Source of the DNA: Promethearchaeota archaeon
GTDB taxonomy: Archaea > Asgardarchaeota > Lokiarchaeia > Sigyniarchaeales > SOKP01
Direction: 5' to 3'
NCBI GenBank assembly: GCA_048941015.1
Contig: JBHLNZ010000020.1
Span: 1 to 47,713, forward strand
Length of the DNA: 47,713 bases
This document shows positions 1 through 8,259 of this stretch, piece after piece. The translations under genes and the position numbers were made by a program. The notes beneath the pieces are model-generated. The model saw only the letters and a list, made by a program, of their open reading frames with translations. It searched no databases and was not told where the DNA came from. Position 1 is the first letter of the stretch, and the number at the start of each line of letters is the position of its first letter.

Positions 1-203
1 AAGGCCATTATTATCCCTATTAATATACCAGCCTGTCCCAAATATTTATAAAACCAATAAAAAAGGTAAGTGGCAAGCAAATAAAATGAACCATGTGCTA
101 AATTTAAAATACCCCCAACTCCATAAACTAAGGATAATCCTAATGCTAATAATGCTAAAATTGAACCTTGAACTAAACCAAAAAATAATATCTCTTCAAT
201 CAA
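1..203 (-). CDS. livH: Branched-chain amino acid ABC permease, LivH type (N-terminal part; runs off window)
   Basis: Manual translation from TTG at 203: LIEEILFFGLVQGSILALLALGLSLVYGVGGILNLAHGSFY, containing the LivH signature (A.GLSL.YG..GI.NLAHG). Divergent from a LivK-like binding protein. Confidence 0.85.
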   Translation of the reverse strand, partial: MIEEILFFGLVQGSILALLALGLSLVYGVGGILNLAHGSFYLLATYLFYWFYKYLGQAGILIGIIMA

Positions 204-438
204 ACTTGCTAGACACCTATAGTCTTAGTTGTTTTTTTTAAATGTTGAAATGATTACTAATTTTAAATATTATTGTTAAAATTATTTTGAGTTGATAATA
301 TAAAAAGCTTATTCGTGAAATCTTTATATTTTTTTGTTAAAATAAGAAATTTTTCAAAAGAAATTATAAATCTTTAAATATATCTTTATCTGAAATAGAT
401 AATGTAAATCTAAATTTATACTAAAAAGTGATTAAAAA

Positions 439-1920
439 ATGGAACAACTAACTAAAAGAATTCTAGCCATCGTTCTAATTGCAGTTGTTGGTGTAGGAGT
501 AGGTATAACGGTTTGGATATTTGTAGCTCCTTATAATTGGACTTATAGAGATTGTCCCGGTGCTCCAGAGGATATAACCTCAGATCAGATAATTCGTATC
601 GGTGTTTTGGGTGGTATGACTGATATTCAAGGAAAAGGTGCGTGGGAAGGGGCATATTTGGCAGCAAAGGACATAAATGAAGCTGGTGGTGTAGTAGTTG
701 GGGGAAAACAGTATTATTTTGGGGTAACTAATGAAGATACTCAAGAATCTTATACGAGTTTAGATACTGCCGCTGGTGTTTCAGCAGCTCAAAGGATTAT
801 AAACTACAAAAAGGTACAATTTACAGTCGGTGGATTCAGATCTGAAGCAGTTTTAGCATATCTGGAAGTTATTATGGATAATAAACTAATTTACATCAGT
901 ACTGGACCTGCTACTAATGTATTCACTATGAATGTCGGGGGTTTTGCGCCAGGGGATTATCCTTCTGAAGGATTAGTTGATTATCCTGGAAGTAATTATA
1001 ATCGATATAAATACTACTTTAGAGCTACTCCTATTAATTCAACCTCTTTAGGTAGAGAAATCCTTTGCATGGTTGCAGGATTAATGAAACAAGTTAATGC
1101 TACGGTTCCTCAAAACTTAACTAAAGTATCTATACTAAGAGAAGACCTGACTTGGACGGTAGGCTTGGCGAATGCAATTGAGGCTAGTTTAGCATATGTA
1201 GCTGGCTTAATAGGTTATTCTGGTATAACGGTCGTAGAACATATAGCTTATCCTATTACAACTGCAGCAGCAACTTTTACGACTTATATGAATACAATTA
1301 ACAGTTCAGGAACTCAAATTCTTATCCCGATCATATCTGCTCAAGGTGGGCAATATATGACTCAAGCTTATGCTGCATTGAAGCCGAACTTTACAATTAT
1401 AGGAATAGATGTCCAAGGGCAGCTAGAATCATACTGGGGTGACACAAATGGTGATTGTGCGTTTGAAACCATGATGCAAACTGTCACAGATACTAATAGA
1501 ACATCAAAGACTCAAGCTTTCTGGGATGATTATGTTGCAGAATGGGGTGATAGTCCTCTCTATACCGCAACCGGAGGTTATGATGCCGTATATCAATTAT
1601 TATATGCTATTAATGGAAGCCAATCGTTCGATTCTGACGATGTTGTAGCCGAGTTAGAGACAATTACAGTAGATAATCCACTGGAAGGTGTTGGATCAGT
1701 ATTTGCGTATACAAGTAATCACGATGTTGTAGAAGGATGGCCACATGGACTTGCGTTATTCGCCCAATGGTTACCTGGAAATGTTAAGCAAATAGTTAAA
1801 TCTCCAACTACTTTATGGTTAGGTCCTCCTGTGAGATTCGATAAATTATATCCCGACACTCTAATAGGAGTCGGTGATTATCAACTGCCAACATGGACCG
1901 GCTGGGCTTTTAACAGCTAG
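439..1920 (+). CDS. Membrane-anchored ABC substrate-binding protein, Leu/Ile/Val-binding (LivK-like) family
   Basis: N-terminal TM anchor; IRIGVLG..T..QG, AAKDINEAGGV, GGFRSE, YYFR, GYDAV motifs. Confidence 0.85.
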   Translation: MEQLTKRILAIVLIAVVGVGVGITVWIFVAPYNWTYRDCPGAPEDITSDQIIRIGVLGGMTDIQGKGAWEGAYLAAKDINEAGGVVVGGKQYYFGVTNEDTQESYTSLDTAAGVSAAQRIINYKKVQFTVGGFRSEAVLAYLEVIMDNKLIYISTGPATNVFTMNVGGFAPGDYPSEGLVDYPGSNYNRYKYYFRATPINSTSLGREILCMVAGLMKQVNATVPQNLTKVSILREDLTWTVGLANAIEASLAYVAGLIGYSGITVVEHIAYPITTAAATFTTYMNTINSSGTQILIPIISAQGGQYMTQAYAALKPNFTIIGIDVQGQLESYWGDTNGDCAFETMMQTVTDTNRTSKTQAFWDDYVAEWGDSPLYTATGGYDAVYQLLYAINGSQSFDSDDVVAELETITVDNPLEGVGSVFAYTSNHDVVEGWPHGLALFAQWLPGNVKQIVKSPTTLWLGPPVRFDKLYPDTLIGVGDYQLPTWTGWAFNS

Positions 1921-1980
1921 ACATAAAAAGTAAGAATTAATTCATTATTTTTTTTATAAATTTTCTTGTTTTTTTCTATT

Positions 1981-2949
1981 TTATCTACTTTCCGAGCTCA
2001 ATGTTCTAATCTTATTATTAAAACTTTCGAATTCATTTAGAATTTTATTCGAGACAAGATCAAAAACCACTGTTAGGGAATACATACGTCCTGAACTGTA
2101 GCTCTCAGCTAAGCTCAAAATTGTAATGAAGCTTTTTTCATTTTTATGGAATGTTGGAATAATATATTGCCATTTGGAAAAGAAGATATATTTTTTACTT
2201 AATCGAAGGGTTTTTTCCAAATATTTCATATCTAAGGTATCATTCATTATTTTAGATTCTAACAGCACCCATTCCCTTGAAATAAATTGAACCTTTTTCA
2301 TTAATTTATACATGATGAAATTTTCAGAATTTTGATTTTGATAAATATAATAAGTGAATGGCAACAATCCTGGAATGTAATAACTATTCTTTGGTAATCT
2401 GAATTGTATCCAGATTTTCGTAATCATCCTATAAGAAATGTAGATGAGGTAAAAACCAGAGATGTAATTGATTAATTTTGAAAAATATAATTCTGGCCAC
2501 AGAAAAAAAGCAATTAAATAAAACATTATAATTCCTCCGGATATTAATGCTAAATATATATTAATCGCTCTATCTATAAAAAACCGAAATCTTTTTTTGG
2601 TGAAAGGAAATAATAAAGGAATTTTTGAAGCTCCCATAAAGTCAAGAATTATATGTAAATCATAAAACAAAAACCCAATCGTCCAAGCTATTAAAAAAGA
2701 ATGATGAGTTATTAAGGTAAAAATAAATGCAAATGGCAGCGAAATTAATAATCCAACAAAAAATGAATGAGAAATTCCTTTATGAGATAATAAATTAGAT
2801 TTTCTAAATTTTTTGAATGGTTCTAAAAAGATATCGAAATCAGCTAAAACTGCCATTAATCCTCCAAATAAAACGAGTTCAAATCCAAATGAATTCAATG
2901 TAAAGATACTAATTATTATTCCTATTAGAAAATGAGTGAAAATATCCAT
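1981..2949 (-). CDS. Membrane-bound metal-dependent hydrolase (YdjM/LexA-binding family)
   Basis: MDIFTH, ADFD, HKGISHS, HIILD motifs; several TM helices. Confidence 0.8.
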   Translation of the reverse strand: MDIFTHFLIGIIISIFTLNSFGFELVLFGGLMAVLADFDIFLEPFKKFRKSNLLSHKGISHSFFVGLLISLPFAFIFTLITHHSFLIAWTIGFLFYDLHIILDFMGASKIPLLFPFTKKRFRFFIDRAINIYLALISGGIIMFYLIAFFLWPELYFSKLINYISGFYLIYISYRMITKIWIQFRLPKNSYYIPGLLPFTYYIYQNQNSENFIMYKLMKKVQFISREWVLLESKIMNDTLDMKYLEKTLRLSKKYIFFSKWQYIIPTFHKNEKSFITILSLAESYSSGRMYSLTVVFDLVSNKILNEFESFNNKIRTLSSESR

Positions 2950-3106
2950 GATTATAAATTTTCAAAATAAGAGCTGTTTTTTAAGTTTCTTATTTAATTC
3001 TAAAAAGAACATGTTAATATTAAATCGATAGGAAGCAAGCCTATTGTCCATCTCTCACTAAAATTTTTTTGAAAGATATCATTCAATTTTTCGATTTATT
3101 ACTTAT

Positions 3107-3135
3107 AAGATAATGAGTAAAAAATTCATTATCTT
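3107..3135. repeat. Perfect 10-bp inverted repeat (terminator or operator)
   Basis: AAGATAATGA (3107-3116), 9-nt spacer, TCATTATCTT (3126-3135); downstream of the hgc-like operon. Confidence 0.55.
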
Positions 3136-3202
3136 TTCCATATTTTTTGCGTATTAATGATTTAAACTTTGCAATATTTAATCTATTTTTCACTTTTTCT
3201 CA

Positions 3203-3568
3203 TCAACACCCAACATCTGGTTGCAATTGAATCCTACTGTCAGGATATAAATCAAAATAAATGTTATCACGAATTGGATTAAATTTTTTCATAACCCCAT
3301 TTTCATTAGGGCCATAAGCAAAAATTCCTACGTCTTCATATATCTTATCTTCTTCAATATTTACGAGTAATTGCATATAATTATGGATATATCCTTCATT
3401 AATAGGGAAGATATAATCAGTTGTATTTTGCATCTCTAATTTGTCAACTAAAGCTAGACACTCGATAAACGTAGCATCATCCTTTACAAGAAGATTATAT
3501 TCTTTACCTTTTTGTAGTCCTTTAATAGGTAGACTAATTTCAAACGTAATTTTTTTAACTATTACCAC
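3203..3568 (-). CDS. Putative beta-grasp (MoaD/SAMP/Urm1-like) protein ending in Gly-Cys
   Basis: Pattern KITFEI...LLVKDDATFIECL...QLLVN...DLYPDSRIQLQPDVGC resembles the ThiS/MoaD C-terminus (L..GD.I.I.P.V.GG), with GC in place of GG. Confidence 0.55.
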   Translation of the reverse strand: MVIVKKITFEISLPIKGLQKGKEYNLLVKDDATFIECLALVDKLEMQNTTDYIFPINEGYIHNYMQLLVNIEEDKIYEDVGIFAYGPNENGVMKKFNPIRDNIYFDLYPDSRIQLQPDVGC

Positions 3569-3593
3569 CTTTTTTTGGAATTTTAATAATAAT

Positions 3594-3869
3594 TTAAATT
3601 AACCCCCTCTCTTTTAATAGATCAGGTAAATCTCTTTTTAGCAGATAAGATGTAGTATATTTTTTATCTCCGTCAACCATTACACAATTTCCGTGTAAGT
3701 TTAAGTTTCTTGCTTCATCAGAATTTAAATTTTTGGTGTTATATTTGATATATTTCATGTATGGAGTAAGTACTTCAAAAATTCTGTTCATAAATTTATC
3801 CCATTCACAAGCACATGCGTCTAGTGGAATATAAATTTCTACTTTTAACTTATTATCTATCTCATTCAA
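3594..3869 (-). CDS. Small thioredoxin-fold CxC protein, ArsD-metallochaperone-like (91 aa)
   Basis: Probable start TTG 3869 after GGTG SD; the ORF-track extension overlaps the ferredoxin gene. KVEIYIPLDACAC and NCVMVDG parallel ArsD IFDPAMCC and LLLDG. Confidence 0.55.
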   Translation of the reverse strand: MNEIDNKLKVEIYIPLDACACEWDKFMNRIFEVLTPYMKYIKYNTKNLNSDEARNLNLHGNCVMVDGDKKYTTSYLLKRDLPDLLKERGLI

Positions 3870-3909
3870 AATAGACACCAATATTATTTGAACATTCTTT
3901 ATGCGATTT

Positions 3910-4239
3910 TTAACCGCAGTTACACGATTTCTTCTCGTTTTTAGCACGAGCTCTTGCATTCCATAAGCAACCACATCCTTCAATTTCTTGCATAATAATT
4001 GCTTGGGTTGGACAATTTCTACTGCATGCACTACATTCTGTACAGAGCTCAGGATTATTAATTTCGAACTTACCATCACTATTTGATACAGGGAGTCCAA
4101 AAGGACATATTTCTCCACATAACCCACATCCAGTGCATCTTGAAGGTTCGATAAAAATCTTAATATCTAAAGCTTTGAATATATTCTCTAAAGAACTTGT
4201 TCCACAACAAGAGTCTTCTTTTATTTCTACCATACTCAT
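3910..4239 (-). CDS. hgcB: 2x[4Fe-4S] ferredoxin, HgcB-like
   Basis: CTGCGLCGEICP and CTECSACSRNCP (HgcB C(M/I)ECGAC-like), then EGCGC and a Cys-rich tail SCNCG; directly downstream of the hgcA-like gene. Confidence 0.75.
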   Translation of the reverse strand: MSMVEIKEDSCCGTSSLENIFKALDIKIFIEPSRCTGCGLCGEICPFGLPVSNSDGKFEINNPELCTECSACSRNCPTQAIIMQEIEGCGCLWNARARAKNEKKSCNCG

Positions 4240-4300
4240 CCTTTTTTATATTTTTATGATTTTTATTTTTATTTTAATTTTTATTTTTTTGTCTTACATT

Positions 4301-5959
4301 TTAAAAATATATTATTCCAATTACTAAACATAAAATCGAGATAATTAATAAGGTTAGATTAATTTTTCTGAAAACAGGATATTCGATTTGAATTTCTCGA
4401 GGGCTTGTAGCCATAGTATAACCACTAAATGACATAGTTGAAAAGAAACTGATCCAAAAGTAAAAAACGATACTCCATAAGATCTTAAAGATTGAATTTT
4501 GAATGAAGAGATTGATTAAACTTAAAATGATAACATTAAGTGTTCCGAAAAATATACTTTTGTATAAAAATTTCCTTGTGAATTTAGAAAATGGAAATAA
4601 GTATGCAATTATTACATTAGTTATTATAATCCAAATTGCTAATTCTAGAACCCACCATAATTTATTCATCCAGTTTAAGGCAATCAATATAATTGTTAAT
4701 CCTAATAATGGATACAGAAAAATTTTTCTAAATAAAAATGTTGTATGAGTAATAAATGCACGACTTCGGTGTGGAATTGTAAATTTAGCTAGTTTCATTT
4801 TTTCAGGTTTTTTATTAGGTTTATCTTTTAAATAATTAGGAATATCTTTTGACCATACTGGCCCATATTTAATTTTATAAGGAAATTCTTTAGAGTCTAT
4901 TCTAAGTTGTGGAATGGCAACGCCTCCTGCAGATAATTGAGGAAGAATTAAAGTCCTATTTTCAGTAAAGTTTTGAATTCCTGTTGCTCTAATTGCTTCT
5001 ATAAGTTGGTTATTTCCAAAATCATTACCGCGAGCAGCACACCATACATTAATTCCATTAGAATCAACACATAAAACCCATGCATCAATACTTTTGATGT
5101 TTCGCATTACATTGATATAAGTATAATCATAATTTGCAGTAACAATAATAGGAGAATCTTTATCAGGATTCCCTGATTTATATACTCCGGGCTCAATAGG
5201 CACCCTATCAATTTGTCCCGTAAATAAACACCTATATATTCGAAATTGAGATGATAGCCCTTTAAACTTTCTCTGTTCAGGGAAATAATAACCGGGTTCG
5301 TTATCATTATTAAATATAGCTTTTTTCAGTACAATAGCCTTGATAGTACCATGTTTCCATTCCTTTTGTTCAGCAATTTCAAATCCGATCGGTTGTATAT
5401 AATTGAAAAACCATTTTAGGAGAAAGGTACTTTTTAATTTAAGTCTTCTAAGTTTTTTCCTGTACCACCATCTCTTAACATGGAAAGCTAACTTCCAAAA
5501 ACCAGAAGGAACAAATTCAGCTGCTAAAATCAAAATCCCATTTTTTTTTAATGCTTTCCAAGAATTTCGGAGAAAAATTTGTTGTTCAAATGGTCGCAAT
5601 TCAGAGAGCATGAATTTACTAACAATTATATCCTGCGATTGTTCTTCTACTGGTAAATCTATGAATGAGCCAATTTGATAAGTAAGCGATCCCTGTTTTA
5701 AATCAGAAGGATAATTTTTCATCGCATAATCAATCATTTCAAAGTTAATATCTATTGCTTTAATATTATTTCCTTTATAGGCTAATTTTGTTGCTAGTGA
5801 TCCTGTACCACAACCTACTTCTAATATTGAGTTTGCTGAATTAATTTTTTCAATAATCCAATCTTCTACTTTTTTATTCACACCTTTAGTAAGAGCTGTG
5901 AATTTTGAATCATATGATTCTGGCTCTTCTTCCAGTTTACGCATGTATACTACTGCCAA
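4301..5959 (-). CDS. hgcA: Fusion of class I SAM-dependent methyltransferase with HgcA-like corrinoid domain and C-terminal TM bundle
   Basis: Motif I LEVGCGTG. Corrinoid domain IEPGVY..GNP...SPIIVTANY, GINVWCAARG (NVWCAARG at 5027-5050), LILPQL, YGPV..DIP.YL. About 5 TM helices ending MSFSGYT..TS....E, like HgcA MNFTG.T..TS. Confidence 0.8.
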   Translation of the reverse strand: MAVVYMRKLEEEPESYDSKFTALTKGVNKKVEDWIIEKINSANSILEVGCGTGSLATKLAYKGNNIKAIDINFEMIDYAMKNYPSDLKQGSLTYQIGSFIDLPVEEQSQDIIVSKFMLSELRPFEQQIFLRNSWKALKKNGILILAAEFVPSGFWKLAFHVKRWWYRKKLRRLKLKSTFLLKWFFNYIQPIGFEIAEQKEWKHGTIKAIVLKKAIFNNDNEPGYYFPEQRKFKGLSSQFRIYRCLFTGQIDRVPIEPGVYKSGNPDKDSPIIVTANYDYTYINVMRNIKSIDAWVLCVDSNGINVWCAARGNDFGNNQLIEAIRATGIQNFTENRTLILPQLSAGGVAIPQLRIDSKEFPYKIKYGPVWSKDIPNYLKDKPNKKPEKMKLAKFTIPHRSRAFITHTTFLFRKIFLYPLLGLTIILIALNWMNKLWWVLELAIWIIITNVIIAYLFPFSKFTRKFLYKSIFFGTLNVIILSLINLFIQNSIFKILWSIVFYFWISFFSTMSFSGYTMATSPREIQIEYPVFRKINLTLLIISILCLVIGIIYF

Positions 5960-6011
5960 TTTTTTCCAACCATACCTTTTTCTTAAATTTAATATAAAAA
6001 AAATGCTAAAT

Positions 6012-7097
6012 TTATTTCCAAAATCCTTTCTTTCTAAGGTATTTTCCTAAATAAACTATGGAAAGCATTACTGGAACTTCCCAGAATAAACCCATTGTTG
6101 TTCCCAAAGCAGCTATAGATCCGATTCCATATATAGCAATAGCAGTGGCGATTGCAATCTCGAAATGACTTGAAGAACCTATTATTACTGTGATTACTGC
6201 TTCACGATACTTCAATTTAAATAGTTTCGTTATTATAACATTATAACCAACAACTATAACAAAACCCACTAAGAGAGGAACTGAAACTAATAGTAATAAA
6301 TCGGGATTATGTATTAAAACATCACCATTTAAAGAAAACAATACGACTAGTGTTGTTAGTAAAGCTACTATTGATATTTTGCCCACAAAGGGTCGATAAG
6401 TATCATTAAACCAATCCAATCCTTTTGAAGAAACGATTATTCTCTTACTTATTATTCCTAAAAATAATGGTAAACCGATAAAAAATATCAACGATATTAG
6501 TAAAAGCCACGTATTTATTGGAATATTTTTAATTCCCGTTAATAAGGAAACCATACCAACATAACCGAAAATTATAGTGATCGTATTTAAACTGGTGGTG
6601 ATTACATTTTGCTCTTGGTTTCCTTTTGCCATCCAACCCCACACTAATACCATTGCAGTACATGGAGAACTGGACAATAAAATAATCGCAACTGATAGTT
6701 GTCTCATAGTTTCCGAAGACCCGGGAAGAAAAATATTGACCATTGCTAAACCAACGAATGGTGCTATTAACCAATTAGAAACTATAGTCATTATTATTGG
6801 TTTTGGGTTTCTCCCCAATTTTTTTAATTCAGAAGCTTGAATATTTAGCATTGCAGGATACATCATTAAAAAAAGGCATATACCTATAGGGATTGAGATT
6901 CCACCAATCTGTAATGCATCAATAGTTTCGCTAATTTGTGGGATTAACTGAGATAATATTATTCCAGTTATTATGCATAAAATTACCCAAAGAGGCAACA
7001 ATTTTTCAAAATAGTTAATTTTCCTCGATTTTACTTCTTCGGTTCGTCCTTCATCAGCTTTTTTAATTAAATTGCTTTCTAAATTTTCTTCAACCAT
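6012..7097 (-). CDS. acr3: Arsenite efflux permease, Acr3 family
   Basis: LMMYP, NWLIAPF, SPCTAMVLVW (catalytic Cys), SSHFEIAIA motifs; about 10 TM. Confidence 0.93.
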   Translation of the reverse strand: MVEENLESNLIKKADEGRTEEVKSRKINYFEKLLPLWVILCIITGIILSQLIPQISETIDALQIGGISIPIGICLFLMMYPAMLNIQASELKKLGRNPKPIIMTIVSNWLIAPFVGLAMVNIFLPGSSETMRQLSVAIILLSSSPCTAMVLVWGWMAKGNQEQNVITTSLNTITIIFGYVGMVSLLTGIKNIPINTWLLLISLIFFIGLPLFLGIISKRIIVSSKGLDWFNDTYRPFVGKISIVALLTTLVVLFSLNGDVLIHNPDLLLLVSVPLLVGFVIVVGYNVIITKLFKLKYREAVITVIIGSSSHFEIAIATAIAIYGIGSIAALGTTMGLFWEVPVMLSIVYLGKYLRKKGFWK

Positions 7098-7141
7098 TTT
7101 TAATCAAAAATTATGATTAGGGCTTGAGTTACTAATAGAGT

Positions 7142-7171
7142 GATTCAAATAAAAATATTCCGATTTGAATC
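7142..7171. promoter_or_regulatory. Inverted repeat, candidate ArsR operator
   Basis: GATTCAAAT (7142-7150), 12-nt spacer, ATTTGAATC (7163-7171), in the acr3/arsR divergent intergenic region. Confidence 0.5.
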
Positions 7172-7247
7172 CAATTTATTCGATATGGGTAAAATTTTTA
7201 TAATTTTATAGCTTCTATTAAGATAATAATAACGAGAAAGAATTCTA

Positions 7248-7640
7248 ATGAAACAAAAAAGGAAATCAGAAATTAAAGGAATGCTATGTAGCTGTGAGGA
7301 ATGCATCGATAGTGAATATATATTTAAAAATTTGCAAAATTTTGGTTATAATTTAAAACACGATGATAATTTCAATAGCATTTTAAACATTTCAAATGCT
7401 TTGGGTAATAAAGAACGATTAACAATACTATTTTCATTAAAAGAAAAAGCTCGTTGCGTTTGTGAATTAGAAGCTATATTAGACAAATCTCAACCGTCAA
7501 TATCTCATCATTTGCGAGAGCTTGAAAAAGCAGATTTAATTAGGGGCTGGAAAAAAGGTAAATTCACCTATTATTCATTTTTCAAGGATGAATTAAAAAA
7601 ATATTTAGATCTTTTAAATCGGGAATTTAATTCAATTTAA
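7248..7640 (+). CDS. arsR: ArsR/SmtB-family metalloregulator
   Basis: ALGNKERL.IL, CVCEL (alpha3 CxC site), SQPSISHHLREL; extra N-terminal CSCEEC. Confidence 0.9.
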   Translation: MKQKRKSEIKGMLCSCEECIDSEYIFKNLQNFGYNLKHDDNFNSILNISNALGNKERLTILFSLKEKARCVCELEAILDKSQPSISHHLRELEKADLIRGWKKGKFTYYSFFKDELKKYLDLLNREFNSI

Positions 7641-7747
7641 ATTCAAAATTCAAATAAATATTAGTTTTTTATCTATAAACTATAAATATTAAGTTTAAAT
7701 GGCAAAATTCGTATTTTTATGGTATAAATAATTTCATGTGAAAAATT

Positions 7748-7996
7748 TTGCCTAAACCAGTACCAGACATTGAAGATAATTTAAAAGTGTGTCGAAAATC
7801 TTGTGGATTATGTCCCTCGTTCAAACTAAATAAATTAAATGAATTTGAACCTCATGTCTTGTTCTGTGCAAGAGGCAAAACTTCGATACCTAAAGAGCAA
7901 GTTGTTAATAAGGGATGCAGTTGTTTTGGTTGCGAGTTGTTTTCTAAATATGAATTAGAGAAAGGTTATTTCTGTATGCCTTGGAAACAAAAATGA
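7748..7996 (+). CDS. Small Cys-rich protein, DUF2769-like
   Basis: C...C..CPSF, LFCARGKT, GCSCFGC, YFC pattern. Confidence 0.65.
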   Translation: MPKPVPDIEDNLKVCRKSCGLCPSFKLNKLNEFEPHVLFCARGKTSIPKEQVVNKGCSCFGCELFSKYELEKGYFCMPWKQK

Positions 7997-8259
7997 ATTC
8001 CAAATTTTCTAATTTTTTACTAAATTTTGTTTTTAAGTTTAGCTGGTAAATATAATAATAAATTTTCTTACCCTTTTGATTTAATTAAATGAGGGTCATA
8101 AAAAATCATAAATTTAAGCGTAAGATTTTAAGTTCAAGGCATTAAATTTAAGTTTTTTGGTCTACAAAACAGTTAACGCTAAATATAAATATGTAAATCG
8201 CCATAAACATAATGTTCATAAAATAATCTTAAATTAGTTGGTAAAATTTGCATAACAAT

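Noticed and set aside
3870-4127. N-terminal extension of ORF 3594..4127
   Set aside because: Overlaps the ferredoxin gene in another frame; there is an SD plus TTG at 3869.
4301-5300. Calling the corrinoid domain CdhD/CdhE (Wood-Ljungdahl CFeSP)
   Set aside because: Cys in the cap helix, a TM tail and an adjacent HgcB-like gene fit HgcA; no TIM-barrel domain.
5310-5959. Calling the methyltransferase domain ArsM
   Set aside because: Only one Cys (in motif I); the multiple As-binding cysteines of ArsM are absent.
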